A stretch of 64,000 nt of DNA from Ascidiella aspersa (lineage: Eukaryota): NCBI GenBank assembly GCA_963924565.1, contig OZ004609.1, forward strand, positions 34,224,001 through 34,288,000, given 5' to 3'. Positions within the stretch are counted from its first letter, which is position 1, and each line of letters opens with the position of its first letter. A program made the translations under genes and the position numbers. The notes below the pieces were generated by a model. It made no database searches. It saw nothing but the letters and a program-made list of their open reading frames with translations, and was not told the origin of the DNA. Positions 13,701 to 25,579 of this stretch are shown here, piece after piece.

Positions 13701-16700
13701 TTATTACTCCCCTAGTACTCTTTTGTTTGGTAAAACTACATAAAAGAATTCACTGTTGGCAAAGTGAAAAAAATGCAATTCTTTCTTTTTCCTGCGAATT
13801 ACGACATCGAAATGTTAAAAAAACGTTTAAACGCGTGATGTCTTTGCTAACCACACACGTCATAAAGAGGAAAAGAAAAGCAAATTGACCCATGAATGCT
13901 GTGGCAAATTTCCAGACATATTCGGTTTTCTTGCATTTGCTTTTGATTCTTTTGTGTCCTAATAAATGCTAAAACACACCTTGTTTGGTATGTTGATGCC
14001 AACCTGATTCAAAGTTTAACATACTTGTCGGCTCAAAAATAAATTTTGCGTGAGTGAAATTGTTTGTTTTTGGTTCAGGTGAATGTTATGAAGGTTGGAT
14101 GGAGCCTCTACTGCAGCGGATTAAGGAAAACCGAACCGTCGTGGCCTTGCCAATTGTAGAAATCATAAACCCTGACAATTTCAAGTTTTCTGTTACTCCA
14201 ATGCAAAGGGTAATTGGTGTTAGATACAGGGCAACACGAAACTGACCGTGAAAAAGAGAAGAGTAAATCGGGAACTTGCATAAAAATCGGGAACTTGCAT
14301 CTTAAAAAAAAATAGTTGAATTAAAAACGGTTTCATTCCAATTAATCGGTTTACAATTGTCATTTTATTGACCTGTTTAAGGTCTAAAGGCGAACACACT
14401 CTTCTTTAACATTTATAAAACCTAAAAACAACTCTTTCAATCATTATGATTTATCAACTTCCTCAAGGTACAACGAGGAGGCTTTGACTGGACGCTTGCC
14501 TACCGATGGATTGCGCCTCCTAGTGAGCGTTTCCGTAAGCCCAAGATGGACATGACGCAACCAGTGACGTCACCAACCATGTCGGGAGGCGTTTTCGCGA
14601 TGGACCGGAAGTACTTCGAGGAGCTGGGCGGATATGACGAAGGAATGACGTTGTTTGGGGGCGAAAATCTTGAGATGTCGTTCAGGGTAAAATGTGCAAT
14701 ATTTTTCTTGTGTTTAAATATAAAAAAGCCTTTAGTGTTGTTATTTCGTTAGTTCTCAACATGTCATTTTATATCGACTTAAGTCATATTGGAAAGCTTT
14801 GTTTTTTTTTGTTTTTTTTAATTCGAAGCATTATTTCATATAGCAACATCAAAAACAAAAAATAGCAACAGTTTATGCATAAAAATATTTTTTACCTGAC
14901 TGGACGAAGCTAAACAGATTTGAACAAACACAAACAAGCGTATGGTTGAGACATACCTTCCCACATAGCTTACCTAATCATCTGCAGTTTACAGTTTACA
15001 CACTGAACCAGTTGCAAATGCAATTATACATTACAACTATAAGCATCACATAGAAAGTCTACAATATGAGTGGAGGTGAAATTTCAGTAAAAGAAGACCA
15101 AAGAAAACCATCTAAATTTAAATAGAAAGGCTAATGCATTTAAACTTTACAACGTTAATAAGTAATTTTCATTAAAAATACTTCACTCCTATAAAAGCAC
15201 GATTTAAAGGGCTATAAATGCAAACTGTATATTTGTTTTTCTTAGATCTGGATGTGTGGAGGACGTATAGAGGTCCTGCCCTGCAGTCACGTGGGCCACG
15301 TGTTCAAGTCCACGTCGCCGCATGACGTACCTCATGACGTCATACTACGTAATAAGCGGCGGGTGGCCGAAGTGTGGCTGGACGAGTACAAGGCGTTGTT
15401 CTTCAAGAGAACGCCGGATGCGGCTAAAGTGAGTTGCATACCAAGGATTAAACACAGTCATGTCCTATACTTTGTTGTTTATTTCGTGGTTCTATTTCTG
15501 TGGAACATCGATATTTCAGCTTGATAATGAATTGCAAAGCCAAAGAGGTCAAGCAGATCGACCTTTTTGACTTTGCAATTGATTATAAAGCTACATTACA
15601 GATCCGTGCAAAGTGTACCCAAGAGATATTTCATTTAGGCGAAACAGGCTGTAAAAGCATGTAGGCGAAATATGTGGATGGAATTGTATTCTTCTTATAC
15701 TTCATCCACGAATGTTCGATAGCATTCTACTTCCGAAACATTATGATTGTCAAACAAATGAAATTCAAATGTGTAATGGAATTGCTTTCGAGTTTTTAGA
15801 AGGAAAATTGCTTTAGTGTTGGTCCACGTAGTTACCTTTGGTTGCCAATTTACTATATTTTCTCAGAATTTTACCAGTCAAGGTGAAAAAAGATGGGTAT
15901 GATTGCAAATGCCATAAAAATACTTTATAAGCTTGGTTTATGGTTTATCAGGTTGTTAAAAACGAGTTTACCTCAATCCTTTGCCATCTTTCTACTAATT
16001 TACTTTTAAGGTCAAAAATGTGGGTTGGATTGTAAGTTATAGCCGAAATACACAAATTATTAGATGTCAGATCGGCACCGATACCACCCTAGTATCGGAC
16101 GAGCACCGACCCTGCCATTTGGCATCGGGTATAACCATTGCCAAATTAACCATTAGGCTACTAGGGCTATTGCCTTAGGTTCTTGAAAAATTCGACCCTT
16201 TAAGGCTAATTTTTTTGTACGGCTGGTAGTCATGCAGATCAGTACCAGTGAAGTACAGTTTTTTGCTTAAAAACGAATGACTAAGTTAAGTCAATATGTG
16301 CCTTGTGTGTAAGTTTTGTAGCTTGGTTTGCAAAATTAGGCTCTTCTCTACTAAACAGCCTTAGGCCTGCAGTACCCTTAATTCGTCCCTAGGCAACCGA
16401 TCCAATACTCATGGACACCTTACGCGCAATATAGATAAACTTCCTGACCATACCCAGAACCCTGACGTTTCACATTGTTGCATTTTTGTATTCAGGAAGA
16501 CGCAGGTGACGTCACAAAGAGGGTATTGTTACGCAAGGAGCTGCAGTGCAAGTCGTTCGCCTGGTTCGTCGAAAACGTTTATCCTGAACTCTACGTTCCC
16601 GAGTTGAATCCACGACTGAGCGGATCGGTAAAAAATATAGGAGCCATTGCGCTCAGGATTTTTGCTAAAATTTGTTTTCATTCTTAAGAAAATATTGTAA

Positions 16701-19700
16701 AAAAAAATTCTGCCCGGTTTTGTAAGGCAGCTTGTCTTATTTATTGGCAGTTTTTTCTCCTTTCTGATTATGAGCAAACGTTTAGAAGCTTGGTTTTCCT
16801 AGTATTATTTTTGCATAGCTTAAGGTGAAACTAGGGTATCTCTCTAGCATGCTTAACTTAATTTAATGAAACCGGCTTGTTATTGTGCTGCAGGTTTGCT
16901 GTACGTTCGGCTCAGCTGAAGTTTGTCTGGACACTCACTCACATCTCCCCATACCAGGAAAACCGCTAGGTGTCGGCAGATATCACCCAGGACAATCCAC
17001 TCAGTATTTCGAGTTCACTAAGCAGGTGAGGGAATACGGGGCTCCCATTACAATCCCGCATCCTTTTTAATCCCTGTTGGGTGCTAGCGGTTTACTACAA
17101 AAACTATCAGCTTATTTCTTATTTCGCACCTAAATTAGGCCAATGTTGATTTTGTTGGGTCGAACGGTTCGGAGTGGCGTTTTGGCTAAAAATGATCTTC
17201 CCAGACCAGTAGCCTTTTTTACCAGACCATCCCGCCATATACTTGAATGTAAGAGTTCAGATGAATACTTGCATTAACGTCGAATGGTAATGTTCGATTT
17301 CCTATAAGGTTATTCCTAGAAGAATCTAGACAACCCATTATTGCGACGCCATTTTCGAAAAATTTTAATGGTTCGAAAAAAAAATTTTCAGGTAAAAAAA
17401 GTATCTACTTTTAGCACCAAAGTACTAGTTCATATGGGTGAATTTATTGGGTTTCGTACTGGGGAAGATTTCTCACAAATTTTGACAATGGCAGGAAATA
17501 GGGAGACATGGATGTGATGAATTAAGTTCAACTTATTTGTGTTTTTCAAACGTTTGGCTTATAGACAATGTTCGTTGAAAAGCAATGGGTCGTCAAAGCT
17601 TAGTTGGTAAACTCACGCTTATTATTGGGTGGACGCCTAAAATAACGGGTATATATACGAAATATTCGATATACCTATAGTTGTAACTGTAAGCATACTA
17701 TTCTTTCTACAACTGTCCCCAGGACGAATTACGTCAGACGAGCGCCCGTGACGTATGCCTTGCTTCGAAGGGCGGCAAACTGGAGGTACAGAAGTGCAAG
17801 TTCCCGGTTGAAACCAAAACGACCGCGCCACCGAGCCAGCAGTGGAAAGTTAACCAGGTTGGTTCGCACAAAAACACTGCATGAAGTAGGGGTGCAATTA
17901 ATAGAGATCAGGTGTAGCCAACTTATGTTTGATTGTGATCGACTAAAATAAATTTCAGAGACTCTCGATCGACTGGTTCAGTAAAAAAGTCACAAGAACG
18001 CTTTTGAATCATTTGAGCGTTGATTGCATCTCAAGCCAGCGATAAAGGTTAATTTGTTACGGTAATGAATGCTTAATTGGACTTGTCCAGACAACAATTA
18101 GACATTTTGATGTTCCGCTTGTGTTCGACAGCTACTGCAATGACGTAACACATATTCGAAGTGAATTTATTTATCAGTGATTCTCAACCTTTTTAGTGCC
18201 AGAGCCGCATTTCAAACCTAACGTTTGCAAGGAGCCGCATAAAAACAACAACAACTATACATAACGCTAGCCTAGGCTAACTAATTAACACTGTTGAAAT
18301 AGCTAATTTTTTTTGCCATAGCTTGTCGATCAGGACTAAATATATTATGACGTCACGAACCACAAAATTATTTTAAACAGCAGGACGGAAGTAACCTGTT
18401 AACATTAGTACTTCGTACTTGGGATCCTTGCTGATACAATGCATTAATTCTTGATTTCGTTTACTTCCCTTGTTGCAAAGCTGCTACTACTAACTAATTT
18501 TTCACTCTGTTAGTGAGAGCCGCGGTTGAGAATCACTGGGCCAACTGATAACTATGGCTGCCCTCGTTTTGGAAAGCTCTGCTTTAGCCTTTAAGAGTAC
18601 ATCTACTAATTACTTGACTGAAGTTCCCTTTGTTTCGTTTTTGGTGTTTGCTGTTCGAAACATAGCTTAAATAAAATCAAAAATACTTGCTTGAAGTGGA
18701 AGAATCGTGAAAGAACGCAAAAAAATAATTTCTGTCGAAACGGCGTTCCAGTAAAATAATAGGCAGGCATGCCGTAAAGACAATTTTTTTTTCAACAGGC
18801 CATGTGCGTTTTTCAACAGGCCAACCCGTCATAACCTTGAATATATCTAAAAAAAAAGATTTTAGTTTGATACTTGTGACTACATCGAACGATAACCTCA
18901 CGTTCCCTTAGGTTTACTTGGTCTCGTTATGACGTAATTTTGTGACGTCATATCTGAAAACTTTTCATCGTTCCAGTAAAAAATATGTCCTAGTTTCATC
19001 GCAGAGTATAAGGAATGCAATTTTTATAGATGAAGCACGTTGTGTGAAATTGTTATGGGGCAACTTATGATCTCTGTAACTATAGTTGCCTCCAGTTTGG
19101 GAAGGTCTGCTTTAGCCCTTATGAGTATATCGACCAACTAGAGCGCCAACGACTCGGCTTAAGTGCACTTAAATGCCTTGACTTGACTCAAGTCTTTTAG
19201 GCAAATTGACTCAAGTCTTTTAGGCAAATTGACTCAAGTCTTTTAGGCAAATTGACTCAAGTCTTTTAGGCAAATTGACTCAAGTCTTTTAGGCAAATTG
19301 ACTCAAGTCTTTTAGGCAAATTGACTCAAGTCTTTTAGGCAAATTGACTCAAGTCTTTTAGGCAAATTGACTCAAGTCTTTTAGGCAAATTGACTTAAGT
19401 CTTTTAGGCAAATTGACTCGAGTCTTTTAGGCAAACTGACTCAAGTCTTTTAGGCAAATTGACTCAAGTCTTTTAGGCAAATTGACACGAGTCTTTTAGG
19501 CAAACTGACTCAAGTCTTTTAGGCAAATTGACTCAAGTCTTTTAGGCAAATTGACACGAGTCTTTTAGGCAAACTGACTCAAGTCTTTTAGGCAAATTGA
19601 CTCGAGTCTTTTAGGCAAATTTGACTATTTTACTTTTGACATTTCAAAAGCCATTATCTAGGCAGACGTAGCCAACACGTCGATCATAAGCAACCGGTCG

Positions 19701-20087
19701 ATTACCACATTTCACCTGGTGTTCTATTTACTGAACCAGTTGATCGCGAGTCTCTAAAACATATTTCAGTCCAACATAAGTTGGCTACACCTGAGCTAAA
19801 ATAAAGATACTTTTATCGTATACTAAAAAAAACGATTTAGAACTTTTACTTCCGGTAAAAGTTTCCAACTGAGAAAGTTCTGTATGTTTTATGACTGTGT
19901 TCTTTTATCAATTCATTCTTGTACTAATTAGGGCTTTTACGCAAAATTGACTCTTTTCTTATTATTTTTGCAGGACGGAACAATAATGAACCTTGAATCG
20001 AAGAAATGCCTCGCCGCTTCGATCGGTGACGTGTGGCTCAGCAATTGTGACGTCACCTCGATACGTCAGAAGTGGAAATGGAAGTGA
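7613..20087 (+). CDS. GALNT: Polypeptide N-acetylgalactosaminyltransferase (GT27, GALNT family), complete, 12 exons, ~710 aa
   Basis: Exons 7613-7780, 9604-9894, 11229-11549, 12613-12772, 13272-13418, 14079-14209, 14468-14686, 15246-15428, 16496-16627, 16894-17025, 17723-17857, 19974-20087; all GT-AG and phase-consistent. Type II TM anchor, acidic stem, LPTVSVI, FLDSHCE (DxH), [44 protein letters not shown], three ricin-B repeats (CLD/CLA/CLA), TGA stop. Confidence 0.95.
8105..8807. mobile_element. hAT/Charlie-type MITE
   Basis: CAGGGGTGGGCAA...TTGCCCAGGTCTG termini with GCGGGCCG subterminal motifs; perfect TSD CTTTAAAT. Confidence 0.9.
13272..13418 (+). CDS. GALNT: GALNT exon 5 (DxH metal-binding motif); missing from the ORF track
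   Basis: [34 protein letters not shown], ttacag acceptor, GTGAGT donor. Confidence 0.95.
13505..13575 (+). mobile_element. tRNA-derived SINE fragment or tRNA pseudogene
   Basis: B-box/T-arm GTCGTGAGTTCGAACCTCAC followed by a T-run; no complete cloverleaf. Confidence 0.45.
14468..14686 (+). CDS. GALNT: GALNT exon 7 (Gal/GalNAc-T motif)
   Basis: [14 protein letters not shown]...[39 protein letters not shown]. Confidence 0.95.
18175..18538. mobile_element. hAT-type MITE
   Basis: TIRs CAGTGATTCTCAACC / GGTTGAGAATCACTG, internal GAGCCGC motifs; TSD not preserved. Confidence 0.75.
19185..19626 (+). repeat. 23-bp tandem minisatellite, ~19 copies
   Basis: Unit GACTCAAGTCTTTTAGGCAAATT, near-identical copies, no spacers. 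Confidence 0.95.
19974..20087 (+). CDS. GALNT: GALNT last exon (lectin gamma repeat)
   Basis: [37 protein letters not shown]; AATAAA signals at ~20234-20280. Confidence 0.9.
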   Translation, partial: DGTIMNLESKKCLAASIGDVWLSNCDVTSIRQKWKWK

Positions 20088-21353
20088 TGATGACGTCACG
20101 GAATTAAAAAGCGTAATTTTTTTTGCACAGAACTGTAGAATTTCGCAAACCCCTATACCTATTCGCGCACCTACACTGTACATTTTGTGGCAATTTCTTG
20201 TATTTGAAACTTGAAAACGCGAGGCAGACGAAAAATAAAGAACAGAATAAAGCTCTTGAAAGAAATGAAAAAATAAAATAAAGTAGAGAACGAATTGTTG
20301 AGGTCTTTTGCGTCAAACGGCGTACTTCTGCGATGAAAAAGAGGAGATTTAAAAGGGGGTTGGTATTTTTCTATTTTTTATTGTGTGCTTTTTTTATATG
20401 ATAACTCTAAGAGACAGAAATATACTTAGATTTCGGCTGTAAAATTAAACCGTTGTGACTCCAATGCAAACCAGTTTCATTGCACCCAAATTTTCTTTAT
20501 AAAGCTAAAAACTACAGGTTCTGACAAGCGAAATGTTTTGCAGTGTTGTTGAGTGAAAAACTTAGGCAAAATGTTCCAATTGGAGTCTTGAATAGCGATA
20601 ACAATTTTGCAAAAATCTTAAAATAACGCTATTGTTTTAAACGTTCAAGTTTGAACTTCAACAACTATCAAGTGAAAAATCAGCCATAATGACAAATTAC
20701 GACAAAAAATCCTAATGTATCAAATATTGCATGGTATCTAAAAACGTCATATATATATTTTTTTAATTATGTCGGTATACTCAAAGCACGATATTTAAGA
20801 AATGAAATATTGATTTCCGATAATTTATTAAAGCAGGGCATATTTAAGTTGTGACAGTTGCGAAAAACGTTCAATTTGAGGTGAAAACAGTGTAAATTAA
20901 TAAATTGATGAAATAATTGAGCAGTACTAGTTAAACGATCAACTTGGTTGTTATTGGTTCTCAAACTGCTGCCCATGGACCTTTTGGGGGATCTCGAACT
21001 AATTTCAGGGGGTCCTAAAGGCCTAAATAAAACATTGGTAAGTTATTTAAAAAGTGATAATTTTGTTAAAAATAAAACGAGTTTGTTTGAAAAAAAAACG
21101 CTTTATCACTGAATGTATTTCAACTCCATTTCGTTTTGGACCGCAAACAGAAGGTTTCTCTCAGGTCTACTTGATTTATAACGTCAATTTATGACATCAG
21201 CTCTAAACAAATTACGTCAGCTCTAAACAAATACAGACCCTGTTCAACGTACACAGAAAAATATGTGAGAAGTCCGCGTTAAAAAAGCCCATGATTAAGT
21301 ACAATGTATGGAGATAAGTACTGTACAAGCCCAATTTGTTAATAAAGGCTTAA

Positions 21354-24300
21354 TCAAACTGTCATTAACCATTCAGCCCCCACGTCCGTCAAGCAACGGG
21401 CCTCGACAACGACTTGCATCTGCGCCGCGCGCGACAGCTGAAATGTGACTGTGACGTCATAATCATCACCTCCTGTCGCGCGCCAGGTGGTGCCCCCCGA
21501 CTGGATGTTCACGTGATGTTCGTAAACCCACGTGGGGGCCGTATCTTGTCACGTGTGCACACGTTATTTCCGGGCATTGTTACGTAGAGTTTAAGGACAA
21601 AAGTAAGTTTTTGAACAATAACAAAACAGTTTTTATGCCAAGTGCAGAACACGTGAGGCCCGGGGACATTCTTTTGCGATGCGCGAGCTTTATCAGAACT
21701 AAATGATTGTTGTGTGAATGGTTGATCAGGTAAAATTAATTTACACGAGCATAACGAATGTTTTTTTTCTATTTACAATAATATATGCGCTAGACCTGGT
21801 GTAGTGTTTTAGGTCGAGACTTTACAGTTCTTGAAGTGATCTAGCTTATTCGGTATTTATCTAATGTTGTGTGAATGCAACAAGTAATTTTAAATTGGAC
21901 AACTACGACCTATTGTACCGTACAAATAATTATACGTACAATAATAATAAATGTGCTTGACTTCACGATTGTTTTTTTTTGGTAAATTTCTGAAAGTATT
22001 TTCTATATTAAAGCCCATACAGAAGTAGGTATCACTTTGAACGTTTCGAATAACTCTTTATTCATTTGATGTTGAAAATCCTACCTACTTTTGTATGGGC
22101 TTTGATATTCTTATTACGTCTTACTACAACCTCCAACCATTATGCTCCAAAATTTTCTATATTGTTTTGACAATATAAACCCACACGTTGACAAGTATTC
22201 GTGAGGTGCCCTTAGGGTTTAAATTAGTTCGACCAAAATAGTTTAAATTAGTTCGACCAAATACGGCTATTTGTCATGTAGACATGATTAAAAAGAAACT
22301 CATAAAAAAGGAAATAATTACGAATTTGGCTTGGCGTTAACTAAAGGGTAGAGTTCCGTCTCAGTTTTCAAGAATTTCATATTAACTAATTCATAAACTC
22401 CAATTTTATTCTAATGCTAAAAGGGTTTGCGTGTAAGGTGATTATCAACGTTTAACGAAAATATCCAAACAGAACCACAATGGTTATAAAAAAATTAGAA
22501 TACCATTAAGATGTTAAGCAGATGATGCAATTTGCGTAACTTAGGATTCTGCTTTTTTGAATACAGTTGTTTCAGATCTATCTTTATAACCTTTGTGGTT
22601 CTGTTTGGAGCTTATGATAATGATAAAACATCAACAACTAGAAGTGTTGGAACAGGCTTAGATCCCAATACAAACAATAAAAATAATATTAATAATATTA
22701 TTTTATCAACATTTAACGCAAATATTAGCAAACTGTTTATAAACCGATATCTACGCAAGCTGTAAGTTTAACTTGATTATTAAATTCAAATCAGTTTGGT
22801 TACCTTTCTCCTTTTGCTCATGCAGAACGTACAGATCGGGTCGCCATTTTGTTCGTCATGCACCGTCAAGCACGGGTGCTCTTCGAAAACGTCAGAGCTG
22901 AGCGTTTGGTCTGCGTAATACGTATTGATTGCGTCACTCTCAAGTCTCAACTAAGGATTTGCGATAATCCAATTTTGAATTTAACGCTTGATATTTACTT
23001 TGGGAAAAATCAGACCGCCCAATACGACACGAATTAGGTCATTACTAAGAACATACAAAAACACGGTAAACTTTAGACTTAAAAAGGTTGAAACGGTAGC
23101 CAGGTTATTTAGCCACAATTATAAACGACATTACTATAATTAAAAAAATTATAAAAATACATTACACTAAAAACAAAAACCATAAAGAACAATTATAATA
23201 GGGAGTGGCTTTTTGCCTGGCTCGCTCGGGTACACATACACCAATTAGTGATTATATGTCGATTTGAAATACTTTGCTGTCCGAGTTAATAGCGCCTTCC
23301 AAAATATACTGTGAATGGGGTTGAATGAACATGCTTTAAACTAAATATAATTTTAAAAAATGTTCAAGAACGAGCTACCCTTTACTGACCCCGCATTTAA
23401 ACCCTGGACTCGAGTCAGTTAATATTTGTGTCCACACTTACCGAGGTGTTGTATGTAGCTGACCGCAAGTCGTAACGTCTCGACTTTACTCAAACGACGG
23501 TCGATCGGTTCGGTTGGGATTAATCTTCTCAGATTCTGGTCAAGAAACACGATTTGTGAAAAAGCGAAAAATTAAGGCCCCGAGTGTAAGCGCCGTTTTG
23601 TACCTTTTTAGTACACTTGTTTGGTCACAGGACTTTTCAAGACGTTTTGCAACGACAAAAAGAAGCCTTAGAAAATAATTCAAACTAAAAGCAAACTAAA
23701 AAAAATTGGAAATAACAAAAATAAAAATACTACAAAACAATTAAAGCTTTTGGGTTTTTATTATTGGAATAAGCGGATTATTAAAAACTAGAAACTTAAT
23801 CAAACTCAGATGTTTAGAATTACGTTAAGTCAAATTTGCAGTTAGTTTAAATTAATTCGGAATTCATTTTTACATGCTAAACCGAGAATTGCAAGGATTT
23901 ATGATAATTTTGTTGTGCTTTCCTTCCTCTAACTCATTTCACTCTAACTAGTCTTCTAATTACCTAAAAACGTAGGTCCGGGTGTGATTTTGCTCTGCAA
24001 CTGGTAAACTTTGATAAATAATTAAAACCGTAATTTACAAACGTTAGAGGTAGACCAAACAAACTCGGACTCTCAATTATTGCTTGAACGCTTTAAAACC
24101 TTTTTGTGAACAGGGCGAATTAATGCTGGGCAGTGGGCAAGGCTGTTCCTTGAGGAGAAGGGATTGTATACATGGCCGCTGCAAACTGCATTGTTTGCCT
24201 AGTATAACTACGTAAATGCAAAAAAATAAATCGTTTTCGAGCCGTGCATCTCATCGCACCCTCAAATATTAAAGTTCAGCCAACTAGAACCCTAAAGGGC

Positions 24301-24911
24301 ATTTTTTATTTTTTTGTTTTTTTAATATAAAAAATAATCACATTTTTGGGGAAATTGTATGACGTAGCTTTATGACGTCAATCCTGATTTTTTATGACCC
24401 CCAAAAATAGATCCTGGATCCGCTTCTGTCAGTAAAGACGCTTACATATTGTCGATTGCAGTTTTAGTACAGAAAAGAAACACAGTCGTACCTGAAAAGC
24501 TAGATTCACGTTCGGTGACCTTCTGCTGTCCGCAGCGCTCCGCTTTTTCGGCGCCTTTTCGGCAATTTCGAGTCCGTGTCCGTTCGCGGTCCGGTCCCTG
24601 TCCGCAAAACAGGTTGCACTCCCCACGGGTCCGCCACGGTCCGCGACAACCGCTCCGCGGCCCGTTTCCGCAAAGTTGCGCTTCGGGCTGTTCTGCTGAT
24701 GACGGTAGCAGGTCAGATAGGAAGCGGTGGTGTCGTCCACCGGGGTCGCTTCAGGGAATTTCCCCGGGAAAATAGAAAAAAGCGGGGGCAGGCGGGTCCC
24801 CATTCCGCAGTCACTGGGCGTGGGTGCCATCCAAACGGGGAAGTCCCGGTTTTCCAGTGGGGCTTGTTCAGTGGCGACGGCGGCGACCGGGTAAGGTTCT
24901 TCGAAATTCAT
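21354..24911 (-). CDS. Tcf15: Paraxis/Scleraxis-family bHLH transcription factor (Tcf15/Scx ortholog), 4 exons, ~234 aa
   Basis: Exons 24911-24492, 23535-23442, 22910-22804, 21437-21354, phase-consistent. HLH VNLAFQ|[31 protein letters not shown] and the family-diagnostic C-terminal [11 protein letters not shown]|LS (cf. ICTFCLSNQRK). The start codon and last exon are less certain. Confidence 0.9.
21410..21660. promoter_or_regulatory. E-box cluster at the Paraxis last intron/exon boundary
   Basis: CATCTG 21417, CAGCTG 21435, CAGGTG 21484, CACGTG 21510/21529/21550/21650, TGACGTCA 21452. Confidence 0.45.
22804..22910 (-). CDS. Tcf15: Paraxis exon 3 (ICTFC motif)
   Basis: [36 protein letters not shown], phase 1 in / phase 0 out. 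Confidence 0.9.
23442..23535 (-). CDS. Tcf15: Paraxis exon 2 (helix-loop-helix)
   Basis: ttgaccag acceptor, [37 protein letters not shown] donor. Confidence 0.95.
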
Positions 24912-25579
24912 TTCGCTGACGACGTCGCGATTTTTTCCTTTGTGTTTTCGTGTGATTACCAATGGTCAGAATAAAGCAAAAAAACTTCAATAATTTTACA
25001 ATAACCAATGAGTTTCTATTATTTTTTTAAAACTGCAAGCATTTAATTTATTTTCAAGCTGCAAAGATTAATAGGATTAAAAGGCGTTTTTTATCGTTAT
25101 CGTGCGTAACTTATAGCATTTATACACAGATATACAAGTTACATATCGATTTGGAAGCCATACTATAACACTATTATTGGACGAGTAACGACGACACTGT
25201 TGTCCTCCAGTAACATCGTACATCCAAAATCATAATTTCTGTAAAAATCGCTTGGTAACTAGTATGTTGATACACTAAATAAACTGTCAGTTTATAGGTT
25301 ACTGTATATGGCTGTATGGCGACTCTAAGCCTCAGCACTTGACAGCATAGGATTAATTTACTATACACTACTGATTTTCTAAGCACTGAAACCTTGCGGT
25401 CGTTCACATGTAAATGTGAAACCGCGCTTATTTGGCTTCCGTAAGCAGAAACAGTAGCAGCAGCAGTTATAGCATCATATCATTACAGCCATATGCATTA
25501 CAGCCTTTCGGTGGCTTACATTTAACTTATTGAACCGCGCTTTCTTGGCGTCCGTAAACAAAAACAGTAGTAGTTATAG

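Noticed and set aside
19185-19626. Regular 23-bp repeats resembling a CRISPR array
   Set aside because: Units are contiguous with no unique spacers, there are no cas genes and the context is a eukaryotic intron; it is a minisatellite.
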